DNA of 32,000 bases from Hymenobacter metallilatus. Its GTDB lineage: Bacteria > Bacteroidota > Bacteroidia > Cytophagales > Hymenobacteraceae. The translations under genes and the position numbers were made by a program. The DNA lies in contig NZ_RWIS01000011.1 in the NCBI RefSeq assembly GCF_003944705.1, forward strand, positions 155,253 to 187,252. Reading direction: 5' to 3'. This document shows positions 1 through 8,630 of the stretch, piece by piece. Below the pieces are notes generated by a model. It ran no database searches. It was given only the letters and a program-made list of their open reading frames with translations, and was not told the DNA's origin. Every line of letters starts with the position of its first letter. The first letter of the stretch is position 1.

Positions 1-67
1 CTTCGAATTGGAAGAAATGCGCAACCGCCTCGAAATCCTCTGGAAAAACTATACCGGTCAAGCATAA
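1..67 (+). CDS. 3' end of an unidentified CDS entering from upstream (..FELEEMRNRLEILWKNYTGQA*)
   Basis: The frame is open from the window edge to TAA at 65-67. It is too short to assign a function. Confidence 0.3.
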   Translation, partial: FELEEMRNRLEILWKNYTGQA

Positions 68-79
68 CCACTAGATACA

Positions 80-454
80 ATGTCATCCCTTGCTTTCTAT
101 ACTGCCAGCCTGCTTCTGACCGCCTACGACGTCGGCTATTTACTCGGGCGGTTTCTGGGCTTTATCCTAGTCGGCATCCTATACTTCCTGCCTACCGTCC
201 TGGCCCGCAAAAAAAGCAAGTCCACGCAGATATTCCTGCTGAACCTGCTGGCCGGCTGGACCGGTATCGGGTGGATCGGCGCCCTGATCTGGGCCTTATC
301 CAGCGACAAAGCGCAACCCATGCCGGTGCGCATCGTCGGCTCAGCTTCCGTCGCGAATGAGCTGGCCAATCTACAAGCGTTGCGCGACAACGGCAGCCTG
401 AGCGAAGAGGAATTTCACCAGCAGCGCCAGCGCCTGCTTAACCAGCCAAACTGA
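80..454 (+). CDS. Small membrane protein: superinfection-immunity-like domain plus C-terminal SHOCT domain
   Basis: ATG start. Two or three TM helices with the YFLPT..AR....IFLLNLL.GWTGIGWI.ALIWA signature of the Imm_superinfect family. The C-terminal ELANLQALRDNGSLSEEEFHQQRQRLL matches the SHOCT short C-terminal domain pattern. Confidence 0.8.
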   Translation: MSSLAFYTASLLLTAYDVGYLLGRFLGFILVGILYFLPTVLARKKSKSTQIFLLNLLAGWTGIGWIGALIWALSSDKAQPMPVRIVGSASVANELANLQALRDNGSLSEEEFHQQRQRLLNQPN

Positions 455-762
455 TGCACCTGCCGGCCTACGACGAACGACAGTTGGACATGCGCTTCCT
501 GACAGAGGCAGCACGCTTGCTGGAAGAGGGAGCGGTGCATTCTTACCGCGAACTGGCTGAGAAGCTGCAACAGCAGCCTGTCATCTTTCGGCAGGTCGAA
601 ATTGGCCGCTACCACTGCAGCGTTAAGATGCTGTACCAGTTGCGGGCCCACTTTCCCACTGCCGATGTGGATTGGGTGCTGTATGGGCAGGCTTACACCG
701 GCCGCCCAGAGCCTACCCAGGCCCCTAAGCGAGAGCGTGGCCGGCCGGTTCGGACGCATTAA
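454..762 (+). CDS. Small putative DNA-binding protein (phage CI-repressor-like HTH, C-terminal RGRP AT-hook-like tail)
   Basis: The ATG overlaps the upstream TGA (TGATG at 452-456). Codon usage looks coding. The ..SYRELAEKL....IFRQVEIGRY..SVKMLYQL...FP.ADVDWVLYG pattern resembles Phage_CI_repr-type HTH proteins. The basic KRERGRPVR tail looks like an AT hook. Confidence 0.55.
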   Translation: MHLPAYDERQLDMRFLTEAARLLEEGAVHSYRELAEKLQQQPVIFRQVEIGRYHCSVKMLYQLRAHFPTADVDWVLYGQAYTGRPEPTQAPKRERGRPVRTH

Positions 763-884
763 GTGTCGGTTTTCTGCCCAAAAGTATGCCCATACTTCTG
801 GTGCTACTATATAAGTAGTTGATGCATAAAAATATGTGCGGATTGTCCCGTAGTCTGAGGGGAGTGCGCTTTCGATGTGTGGAA

Positions 885-916
885 CCGTCCTATCCATTGG
901 GTAGGGCGGTTTTTTG
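885..916 (+). terminator. Rho-independent terminator after the 80-762 gene pair
   Basis: 11-bp stem CCGTCCTATCC/GGGTAGGGCGG (two G.T pairs) with a 3-nt loop, followed by TTTTTT at 910-915. Confidence 0.7.
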
Positions 917-1039
917 CTTCTTGCAACTGCCAGAATAATTTTCTCCCACCGGCCAGCCACTAAACCACTCCCGGCGCCCGGCCAAGCCACCCGTTTCTGC
1001 GTAGTCAACACCTCCTGTAATAAGCCGACAGTTCAGCCC

Positions 1040-1987
1040 ATGAATGCTATTTATTTTACCGAGTACGGCCCGGCCGACGTGCTACGCTACGGCGAGCAAC
1101 CCACTCCCTCCCCCAAATCGGACCAGATATTGGTGCGTGTACGGGCCAGCAGCATCAACCCCATCGATTGGAAAGTGCGCAGCGGCGACCTGAAGATGCT
1201 GACGGGCCCCCGCTTCCCCAGGATACCGGGGCGCGACGTAGCCGGGGAAGTGGCCGCCGTAGGTAGCCATGTTACCCGCTTTACAATAGGCGACCGGGTG
1301 TACGGCCTGCCCAACGATGGTACCGGCGGAGCCAATGCCGAGTACGCGCTACTGGCCGAATCGGTGGCCGCTTTTATCCCCGCTACGCTTTCGTTCGAAG
1401 AAGCCGGGGGCGTACCTCTGGCAGCCTTAACGGCCCTGCAAGGCCTGCACGACTATGGCCAGCTGCTTTCCGGCGACAGAGTGCTGGTGAATGGTGCTTC
1501 GGGTGGGGTGGGCACCTTTGCTGTGCAGATTGCCAAAGCCCTGGGGGCCGGGGAGGTAACCGCCGTGTGCGGACCTAACAACCTGGAGCTGGTTCGTAGC
1601 TTGGGTGCCGACCGGGTAATTAACCATGAGGAGCATGATTTTACCAAAGACCGTAGCCTTTACGACCTGATATTTGATGCAGTGGGTAAAAGCAGTTTCA
1701 CGGCCAGCCAGTTGGCATTACGTCGCAATGGCCGCTACGTGACTACTGTGCCGGAGCCGGCGGCTGTTATTACCGATAAGCTGGCGGCGGCCTTATCCAC
1801 CAAATCGGCCCACCTTTTCCTGGCCAAAGAACGAGGCACCGACCTGGCACTGATATCGGCTTGGCTGCAGGCCGGCACTATTCGGGTCGTAATCGACAAA
1901 ACGTTTCCCCTGGCCGAAACAGCACAGGCCCACCGCTACAGCGAAACTGGAAGCGCCGCCGGCAAAATTGTGCTAACCGTAGACTAA
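1040..1987 (+). CDS. NADPH:quinone oxidoreductase / zinc-type alcohol dehydrogenase superfamily (MDR) protein
   Basis: MNAIYFTEYGPADVLRYGE..P.P....ILVRV.A.SINPIDWKVR N-terminus, NGASGGVGTFAVQIAK Rossmann motif, and a C-terminal ...GKIVLTV ending typical of the QOR family. I chose the ATG at 1040 over the upstream extension of the track ORF (914). Confidence 0.9.
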   Translation: MNAIYFTEYGPADVLRYGEQPTPSPKSDQILVRVRASSINPIDWKVRSGDLKMLTGPRFPRIPGRDVAGEVAAVGSHVTRFTIGDRVYGLPNDGTGGANAEYALLAESVAAFIPATLSFEEAGGVPLAALTALQGLHDYGQLLSGDRVLVNGASGGVGTFAVQIAKALGAGEVTAVCGPNNLELVRSLGADRVINHEEHDFTKDRSLYDLIFDAVGKSSFTASQLALRRNGRYVTTVPEPAAVITDKLAAALSTKSAHLFLAKERGTDLALISAWLQAGTIRVVIDKTFPLAETAQAHRYSETGSAAGKIVLTVD

Positions 1988-1990
1988 GAT

Positions 1991-2074
1991 GTGTCTGAAA
2001 ACTCCAAAACGGTCCTGCTGAGCCCACCGAAGCATCTTTACCGCTTCGGTGGGCTTAGCAGGGCGTTCAGACAC
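1991..2074. repeat. Nested palindromic intergenic element (GTCCTGCTGAGC.. variant of the GTCATyCTGAGC family)
   Basis: Outer arms GTGTCTGAA (1991-1999) / TTCAGACAC (2066-2074). Inner 20-nt arms at 2014-2033 / 2043-2062 have one G.T mismatch. The element starts 4 nt after the stop codon. Confidence 0.85.
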
Positions 2075-2111
2075 AACCTGGTAAATCAGAAAATTAAGGG
2101 ACTAATGTAGG

Positions 2112-2146
2112 GCTACACAAATGCAACTTAGTTGCATTTGTGTAGC
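2112..2146. promoter_or_regulatory. Perfect 35-bp palindrome (17-1-17), candidate operator upstream of the FAD oxidoreductase gene
   Basis: GCTACACAAATGCAACT-t-AGTTGCATTTGTGTAGC, verified base by base. It is AT-rich relative to its surroundings and ends 66 nt upstream of the ATG at 2212. Confidence 0.6.
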
Positions 2147-2211
2147 TTTGTGTGGTTTCGGGCCCACCGGTTTTGGTGGTTGTCAGGTAAAAACACGATT
2201 CTAAACCAGGT

Positions 2212-3114
2212 ATGCAGGTACTCTCGCGCGTTGAAGTATTAATTGTTGGTGGTAGCTATGCCGGATTGGCAGCGGCACTATCGTTGGGGCGGGCACTACG
2301 CTCGGTGCTGGTGCTGGATAGTGGGCAGCCCTGCAACCGCCAAACGCCCCGCGCCCACAACTTCCTGACTCAGGACGGTGAGCACCCAGCCGTTATCAGG
2401 GCTCAGGGCCTGGCCCAGGTACAGCAGTATCCGACCGTGAGTTTTAGGCAGGATATGGCGTTACATATCCAAAAAGACGGGCCGGAGTTTGTGGTAACAA
2501 CGGAAAGCGGCCAACGGATAGCTGCCCGCAAACTGATTTTTGCCTCGGGCATCAGGGATATGCTGCCAACCTTGCCGGGCTTTGCGGAGTGCTGGGGCAT
2601 ATCGGTGCTACACTGCCCGTACTGCCACGGCTACGAGGTACGTGGCCAGGCTTTGGGAGTGCTGAGTAATGGTGAACCGGGCTATTTGCAGGCCCGCCTG
2701 ATTCGTAACTGGACGCCCCACCTCACCCTGTTTACCAATGGCCCCTCCACCCTGGATGCTACGCAAACCCGGCAGTTGTACGAGCAGAATATTGCTTTGG
2801 TAGAAACCCCGATTCAGGCAGTGGAGCATAGCCAGGGCCGGTTGCACCATCTTCTGCTGCAAAACGAAGTAGCGGTGCCGCTGGCGGCTGTGTTCACGCA
2901 CGTTCCATTTGAGCAGCACACTGCCCTGCCGGCCCGGCTGGGATGTGCCTTCACCTCAGCCGGGCACGTGCAGGTTGATGATTGGCAGAGAACCTCAGTG
3001 CCGGGCGTGTACGCAGCCGGGGATGCTACTACACCCATGCGCTCCGTGGCCAATGCAGTGGCAGCTGGCACCAAAGCTGGTGCCTTCGTTAATCATGAGC
3101 TGCTGGGGCTGTAA
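2212..3114 (+). CDS. NAD(P)/FAD-dependent oxidoreductase, thioredoxin-reductase-like
   Basis: N-terminal VLIVGGSYAGLAAAL dinucleotide-binding motif, a CPYCHG cysteine pair, and the C-terminal GVYAAGD FAD motif. Confidence 0.85.
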   Translation: MQVLSRVEVLIVGGSYAGLAAALSLGRALRSVLVLDSGQPCNRQTPRAHNFLTQDGEHPAVIRAQGLAQVQQYPTVSFRQDMALHIQKDGPEFVVTTESGQRIAARKLIFASGIRDMLPTLPGFAECWGISVLHCPYCHGYEVRGQALGVLSNGEPGYLQARLIRNWTPHLTLFTNGPSTLDATQTRQLYEQNIALVETPIQAVEHSQGRLHHLLLQNEVAVPLAAVFTHVPFEQHTALPARLGCAFTSAGHVQVDDWQRTSVPGVYAAGDATTPMRSVANAVAAGTKAGAFVNHELLGL

Positions 3115-3163
3115 CCTGGAGCCCGATTGGCAGGAAGTAGTTTTTGTGCAATTGGCAGGCCTC

Positions 3164-3592
3164 TCAGTTGCTTTCCCGGGTGAAAGCAATGAGTAAAGCT
3201 CCTCCCGCCATCAGGGCGGCTCCCATAATTACCTGCCAGGTTACTTTTTCCTTTAGAAAGAATACTGCCAGCAGGATAGAAAACACCAGCGAAATTTTAT
3301 CGAATGAGGAAGTGCGGGAAGCCTGCCCCAGCTTCAGGGCCTGAAACGAGAACAGGGAGGAAAGACAGGTGAGTACGCCGGCCGCCACCAGGAACAGCCA
3401 GGTGCGTCGGTCTATTTCGGCTACCTGCCCCAGATGCCCCTGCCAGGCCACTACTCCCCAGGCTACACTCACAATCAGGACGGATTGAATAGCAAATGCA
3501 ACGCTGGCTTCAATATTCTTCACTCCAACCTTGGAGAGGGTTACAACAATGGCAGCTGACAGAGCTGCCAGCAGAGAAAAAACTATCCACAT
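3164..3592 (-). CDS. EamA-like small (single-domain) DMT-family transporter
   Basis: 142 aa with 4-5 TM helices and an EamA-domain-like pattern (..LSKVG......VAFAIQ ... ALKLG.AS....DK.SLVFSILLAVFFLKEK). Convergent with the upstream gene. Confidence 0.75.
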   Translation of the reverse strand: MWIVFSLLAALSAAIVVTLSKVGVKNIEASVAFAIQSVLIVSVAWGVVAWQGHLGQVAEIDRRTWLFLVAAGVLTCLSSLFSFQALKLGQASRTSSFDKISLVFSILLAVFFLKEKVTWQVIMGAALMAGGALLIAFTRESN

Positions 3593-3745
3593 ACTCGGTT
3601 CATCAGAAGATACCTGCTACCCAGTACGTAGCTCGACTCCCCGTAGCTGAAATGTGCCGCAACTGAATCTGCGCGCCTCGCTTACCCTGACCGGCAGATC
3701 GGTATCTTGCCTACTTCTTCGCTTACCTCTCAGATAACTGGCTTT

Positions 3746-4711
3746 ATGCAGATGCACGTTCGCACACCGTTGTTTAGGTTGATGGGTATAGCTGTTCTGC
3801 TACCGCTTAGCGGGTGGGGGCAGCAGGGGCGCGGTAGCGCGGTACCCGCGCTGCCAGAGCCTCCCGGCACGGTGCGGGTGGGCGAAAACCTGTTCATGGA
3901 CGAAACGGAAGTAGCCAATATTCATTGGCTGGAGTACCTGCACTTTACTCGGCGCGACTCATCTCTGGCCTACTACCGCACGCAGCTCCCCGATTCTACT
4001 GGCTGGCAGCCCGTGCCCGACCCGGAGCAGACCGGCCCGGCTCAGGCATATTTTCGGGCCCCCGGCTACCGCTATTATCCCGCTACTGGTATTCGCTATG
4101 AGCAGGCCCGGGCTTACTGCCGCTGGCGTAGTGCAGTAGTAAACCGCAGCTACTTCCAGGGGCCTGAGTTCCGGAAGCAGCACCCCGAGCTGCGCGACTA
4201 CACCGTGACGGTGGAATACCGGCTGCCCACGGAAGCGGAGTGGGAGCAGGCGGCTGCCGGGGGGCTGGCCGCTGGTCCGCGGCCGTTTGAGTTGGTACAA
4301 ACCCGCTCCGTCCGTAAGCCAAAGCCCCAGAAGCTCAACGAATCAGACGATTTGGTAGCGTGCCTGGATGCCCTGCATCTGGCCCATCCGGCCACTGAAA
4401 CGGCCTATGAGCTTCCGTACAACCTGCGGGAAAACTACTACCTGGCGAGTAGCAACCAGGTGTTTGCCTGTGCGCCGGTCAAGGAGAAATTTCCTCTACA
4501 GCCTATTACTATCGGCCCGCCTAACGGCTTCGGCCTGCAGAATGTGATTGGCAACGTGGCCGAAATGACGGCTACCAAGGGCGTTGCCAAGGGCGGGTCC
4601 TTCAAAACTTCTATTCAGGGGCTTACGCTGGGTGGACGGCAAGCATACACCGGTCCCGAGAACTGGCTGGGCTTTCGGTGCCTAGCTACTGTGCGCATGG
4701 TGAAGCGGTAA
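3746..4711 (+). CDS. Secreted formylglycine-generating-enzyme (SUMF1/FGE-sulfatase) domain protein
   Basis: Signal peptide after the ATG at 3746 (the track ORF starts at a TTG at 3707). Motifs YRLPTEAEWEQAA, GN.AEM, KGGSF and the terminal GFRC are typical of the FGE-sulfatase fold. Confidence 0.8.
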   Translation: MQMHVRTPLFRLMGIAVLLPLSGWGQQGRGSAVPALPEPPGTVRVGENLFMDETEVANIHWLEYLHFTRRDSSLAYYRTQLPDSTGWQPVPDPEQTGPAQAYFRAPGYRYYPATGIRYEQARAYCRWRSAVVNRSYFQGPEFRKQHPELRDYTVTVEYRLPTEAEWEQAAAGGLAAGPRPFELVQTRSVRKPKPQKLNESDDLVACLDALHLAHPATETAYELPYNLRENYYLASSNQVFACAPVKEKFPLQPITIGPPNGFGLQNVIGNVAEMTATKGVAKGGSFKTSIQGLTLGGRQAYTGPENWLGFRCLATVRMVKR

Positions 4712-4730
4712 AGCAGGATAAGAATACTGC

Positions 4731-4771
4731 GGGCCGATGGGAACTGAATGCTTCTCAGTTACCATCGGCCC
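4731..4771. terminator. Hairpin between convergent genes (terminator-like, no clear T-tract)
   Basis: GGGCCGATGG (4731-4740) pairs with CCATCGGCCC (4762-4771). There is also an inner AACTGA/TCAGTT pairing. Confidence 0.45.
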
Positions 4772-4949
4772 ATTAGCTGGTGGGGCGGAAGTAGTGCGGC
4801 GTCATGGTTCAACGGTTGGCCTCACCCCCGGTCCTCTTCCCTCAACCGAAGAACTCCCCGCGGCCGGCTCGTACCTGAGCCTTTTGCTCCGCCCCGTAAG
4901 TTTGCCTATGAGCAACGGGATGCTCGGTACCGTGGGAATGTAGCCAGCC

Positions 4950-5798
4950 TCACTTTCCGAGCCGGAAAGCCAGGCCGGCGCCTACAGTGAAGCCGCCAGC
5001 TGCCGCCGTCAGGCCGTGCCCGGCCGTTATATCCAGGCGTAGGCCGGGGGCGGGGCGGTAGTACAAACCAGAGGTGAGGCCCGGCCGCCAGCCCTGCTGC
5101 CGCTGCCAGGTGGCGTAGGTTTCGGCCAGGAAGCCCAGGTGCGTACCCGCTCCTATGGGGCCATTTAGGGCCAGGGTGGTAAGGTACTGACCCTGTTTGG
5201 TGCCCTCGGCCTTGAAACCACGCTGCCGAAAACCGAAGTTACCTTCCAGCCCGAACCGCTGCCCCAGCTGCTGCGACACCAATAGGCGGGCGCCGGGCTC
5301 AAACTGCTTGTCGGGGTAGCTGGCGTCACCATTACGTAGGTTCATATCGAAGAGCACTACTACCTGAGAGCGGGCGTTCTGCACGGTGGAGGCCAGAAAC
5401 TTGGCTCCTACATTCAGGGGCGCAAAGCCTGTGGGGCCGGAATAGGGCACTGGAACTCCTTCGGTAAAACGGGTGGCCGACGGGGCCAGCAGGTAGTTCT
5501 GAGTAGCCCGTAGCTCAATGTGGTTGAAGAAGCCTACCCGCAACGTACTGCCCCAAGCCGAGCGGCCGGCGTAGCCCACACTGCTGCCCGTATCGTAGCG
5601 GGTGAGGCCGGTTTCCAATTGAAACTGCCCGGGATACAGCATGTTGGTAGTAATGGTTTGCCCCGGCCGATCAGGGCGAATCAGGCGCACAAACGGCGAC
5701 TCGGCGTTGGTGGAATTGGGGTCGGTGGTTTGGGCCAGGGTGCGGGCCGGGCCGGCGAGCAGCAAGGCCCCGGCGGTCAGCAGAGTGGTCGTTCGCAT
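4950..5798 (-). CDS. Outer-membrane beta-barrel protein (MetA-pathway/'transporter' OMP family-like)
   Basis: Signal peptide MRTTTLLTAGALLLAGPARTLAQ. Alternating hydrophobic, G/Y/F/N-rich beta-strand pattern over 282 aa. Confidence 0.6.
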   Translation of the reverse strand: MRTTTLLTAGALLLAGPARTLAQTTDPNSTNAESPFVRLIRPDRPGQTITTNMLYPGQFQLETGLTRYDTGSSVGYAGRSAWGSTLRVGFFNHIELRATQNYLLAPSATRFTEGVPVPYSGPTGFAPLNVGAKFLASTVQNARSQVVVLFDMNLRNGDASYPDKQFEPGARLLVSQQLGQRFGLEGNFGFRQRGFKAEGTKQGQYLTTLALNGPIGAGTHLGFLAETYATWQRQQGWRPGLTSGLYYRPAPGLRLDITAGHGLTAAAGGFTVGAGLAFRLGK

Positions 5799-5997
5799 AC
5801 CCTCCCGACGCCCGAAAGGTGGTAAAAGTTCGATTTTTCAAAGAAGTTGTAACCTTGCCATGAATTTTACGTTGGACGTTTTTCTGCAGAAATCAGCCTT
5901 CTACCTAGGCTGTGGGCACGTACCTAGTAGGGCATATTCTTTCGTAAATTCTGCCAGCCGCCCACACGCCGTACAGAAATCCTGCACTTTCGGAAAC

Positions 5998-6030
5998 AAA
6001 AAAAGGCCGACGCTTGCGCCGGCCTTTTTT
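5998..6030 (-). terminator. Rho-independent terminator downstream of pepN (bidirectional geometry)
   Basis: A7 run, GGCCG..CGC/GCG..CGGCC stem, then a T6 run. On the minus strand the hairpin is followed by T7, 24 nt after the pepN stop. Confidence 0.75.
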
Positions 6031-6053
6031 ACTAAAACCAGGAATCAACGGGT

Positions 6054-8522
6054 CTACTCAGCTTTTTTAATGGCGTCCATGGCTGCCTGAACCGTGGCTT
6101 GCTGCTCGGCAGGTTTGCCTTGCTTCACTTTCTCCAGCATAGCCAGTACCGGCTCATCTACGCCGTAGCGCTTGTACTGCACAGCCAGCTTCTGCAGGCG
6201 CTCCGTTCCCTCGTTCAGCACGGCGGCATCGGGCAGGCGCGTCATGAAGCTAACCAGACTTTCTAGCATCTGAAATTTCCCTTGCACCGGAGCCGCATCA
6301 AACTGGTTGCGGACGAAGGCCCAGTTGCTGGCATCCCCCTGCTCGGCGTATACGGTAGCAATAGCCGCCGCAACGGTGCCTTTTGCTGTGGGCTCCAATG
6401 CTTTGGCGCGGGCCAGGGCTGCTTTGGGTTGCACGGCCGCCAGGGCTTCCAGCGCCGCTCCCTGCACCGCATACGACTGGCTGTTGAGCAGTTGCGTAAA
6501 GGTCTTTTCGTCCTTTTTATCCTTCAGGCTGGCAAGACCACCCAGTAGAGCAGCCTGTACGTTGGTGTTTTTCTCCTGAGCCAGCTGTTTACGAAGCACC
6601 GGCGCCGCCGCTTTCTGCACGGCTTTGTCATCCAGTTTCAGGCTTGCCACCGACGCCAGCCGAATGCTGGGATACTTGTCGCTGAGCGCCGAAATGAGCA
6701 GTTGGCGGGCAGCGGCATCGGTGGGGGGCAGGGCCGCGGCAGCGGCCACGGCCTCGCGCCGGTCCACGTAGCGGGGGGCGTTCTTGAACTGGTAGGCGAA
6801 ATCGGCAAATGGCTTGTTGTCGGTTTTCTGCCACAGCAGCACCTTTTCGGCGTCCACGTTCACTAGGCTGGGCTTGCTGGCGGCCGCAAAGCGAAAGGTT
6901 TCGGCACGCTCGCGCATCCACACCTGGTGGCGCTCCGGCTTGCCGTTCACGTACACATCCACCGCAATGGGCAGCTGGAACACGGTGCCGGGCTGGGTTT
7001 GCTTGATGGTAACGGTTTGCTGCCTGGCGGCGGCGTCGTAGCCGTAGTCGATGGTGACCACAGGATGGCCCGCGCCGAAGTACCACTGGTTGAAAAACCA
7101 GTTCAGGTCCTGCCCCGATACGGCCTCCATGGCCAGGCGCAGCTGGTGGGCCTCGCCGTTGCCGAACTTGTTATCGGTGAGGTATTTTTTCAGGCCGGCG
7201 AAGAATACGTCGTCGGTGAGGTAGCTGCGCAGCATGTTCAGCACCTGGCCGCCTTTCTGGTAGCTCACCAGGTCAAACATGTCCTCCTTGTCGGCGTAGT
7301 GGAAGCGCACGAGCTGCTTCTGGGCGTCGCGGGGGCTGCGCAGGTAGTTGCGCATGTTCTGGTAGGCGTGGGCGTCGCCGGCGTCCTGGCCGTACTTGTA
7401 CTCGGCCCACAGCGCCTCCGAAAAGTCGGCAAACGACTCGTTTACCGTCAGGTTGCTCCAGCTCTCGGCCGTTACCAGGTCGCCGAACCACTGGTGGAAC
7501 AGCTCGTGGGCAATAACCGACTCGCCGTTGGCATATTCCGCATCCAAGGCTTCGCGGGCATCTTTCTGGAGGAACTCGCCGTGCAGGGTAGCCGAGGTAT
7601 TTTCCATGGCCCCGCTCACGTAGTCGCGCACCACCACCTGGGCGTACTTATTCCAGGCGTAGTCCACGCCCAAACGGCGCGAGAAAAACTCCAGCATCTC
7701 GGGTGTGTTACCGAAAATCTGCTTGGCGTAGGGCGCGTATTTGGGCTCCAGGTAGTAGCTCACTTCTTTGCCGCGCCACGTGTCCTTCGTGATTTTGAAG
7801 TCACCCACGGCCATCATAAACAGGTAGGGCGAGTGGGGCAGCTCCTGCTTCCAGGTGTCGGTGCGGGTACCGTCGGCGTTGTTTTTCTGGCTGGTGAGGG
7901 CCCCGTTGCTTAGCGTCACGTAGCGGGCGGGCACCGTCATGCTGATTTCGGCGGTGGTTTTCTGGTTGGGCTTGTCGATAGTGGGAAACCAGGCCGAAGA
8001 AGCCTCCGTCTCGCCCTGCGTCCAGATCTGGCGGGGCTTGCCGGCCTCGGTGCTGTCGGGGTTGATGAAGTACAGGCCTTTGGCATCGGAAATGGCTGCG
8101 CTACCTTTTGCTTTCAGCTCCTCGGGCTTGGCCACGTACTCCAAGTACACGGTATACTGCTGGCCGGGCAGGTAAAGCCTATCCAGGTCAATATCCAACT
8201 GCTCGTTGTTGTAGCGGTACTTCAGCGTCTTGGTGCTGGAGCCATCCACCAGCGTCACCGATTTAATATCCATGCCCTTGGCGTCGAGGCGCAGGGAGTC
8301 GGTGGCGTAGCCCACGGGCTGCAGCGTCACCCATTCCTTGCCCAGCAGCTGGCGCTTGGCGTAGTCGAAGCGCACATCGAGCTTGGTGTGTACCAGGGCG
8401 TTGATTTTGCGGGCCGATTCGCGGTACATCTTAAGGGCAGCCGTGTCGGCGGGGGCGGCTTGCTGGGCCAGGGCCGGTGCGGCGGCCAGCAGGCCCAGGC
8501 TCAGCAGGAAAGCTTTTGTCAT
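6054..8522 (-). CDS. pepN: M1-family aminopeptidase N with C-terminal helical-repeat domain
   Basis: Signal peptide, GAMEN exopeptidase motif (VSGAMENTS), HELFHQW zinc motif plus the downstream NESFADF glutamate. 822 aa. Confidence 0.95.
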   Translation of the reverse strand: MTKAFLLSLGLLAAAPALAQQAAPADTAALKMYRESARKINALVHTKLDVRFDYAKRQLLGKEWVTLQPVGYATDSLRLDAKGMDIKSVTLVDGSSTKTLKYRYNNEQLDIDLDRLYLPGQQYTVYLEYVAKPEELKAKGSAAISDAKGLYFINPDSTEAGKPRQIWTQGETEASSAWFPTIDKPNQKTTAEISMTVPARYVTLSNGALTSQKNNADGTRTDTWKQELPHSPYLFMMAVGDFKITKDTWRGKEVSYYLEPKYAPYAKQIFGNTPEMLEFFSRRLGVDYAWNKYAQVVVRDYVSGAMENTSATLHGEFLQKDAREALDAEYANGESVIAHELFHQWFGDLVTAESWSNLTVNESFADFSEALWAEYKYGQDAGDAHAYQNMRNYLRSPRDAQKQLVRFHYADKEDMFDLVSYQKGGQVLNMLRSYLTDDVFFAGLKKYLTDNKFGNGEAHQLRLAMEAVSGQDLNWFFNQWYFGAGHPVVTIDYGYDAAARQQTVTIKQTQPGTVFQLPIAVDVYVNGKPERHQVWMRERAETFRFAAASKPSLVNVDAEKVLLWQKTDNKPFADFAYQFKNAPRYVDRREAVAAAAALPPTDAAARQLLISALSDKYPSIRLASVASLKLDDKAVQKAAAPVLRKQLAQEKNTNVQAALLGGLASLKDKKDEKTFTQLLNSQSYAVQGAALEALAAVQPKAALARAKALEPTAKGTVAAAIATVYAEQGDASNWAFVRNQFDAAPVQGKFQMLESLVSFMTRLPDAAVLNEGTERLQKLAVQYKRYGVDEPVLAMLEKVKQGKPAEQQATVQAAMDAIKKAE

Positions 8523-8630
8523 AGTGGAAAAGGGGAGAGTGAAATCAGGCTGCTAGTTGCAAACTTTTCAGCACAGATGCGGCCGGCTGCGGCAGAGTTG
8601 CTTTTGCGCGCCTGATTTCCGGTCGGCGCG

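Noticed and set aside
80-1000. Prophage or mobile element at the left edge
   Set aside because: Only two phage-flavoured small genes are present. No structural, replication or integration genes occur in the window, so a mobile-element call is not supportable from this sequence alone.
6927-7913. 328-aa plus-strand ORF and several others inside pepN
   Set aside because: They are antisense to an M1 aminopeptidase with intact GAMEN and HExxH motifs, and the translations are low-complexity. I applied the same reasoning to 9703-10533, 15896-16579, 19016-19942, 20588-21253, 21695-22558, 22763-23584 and 29579-30163.
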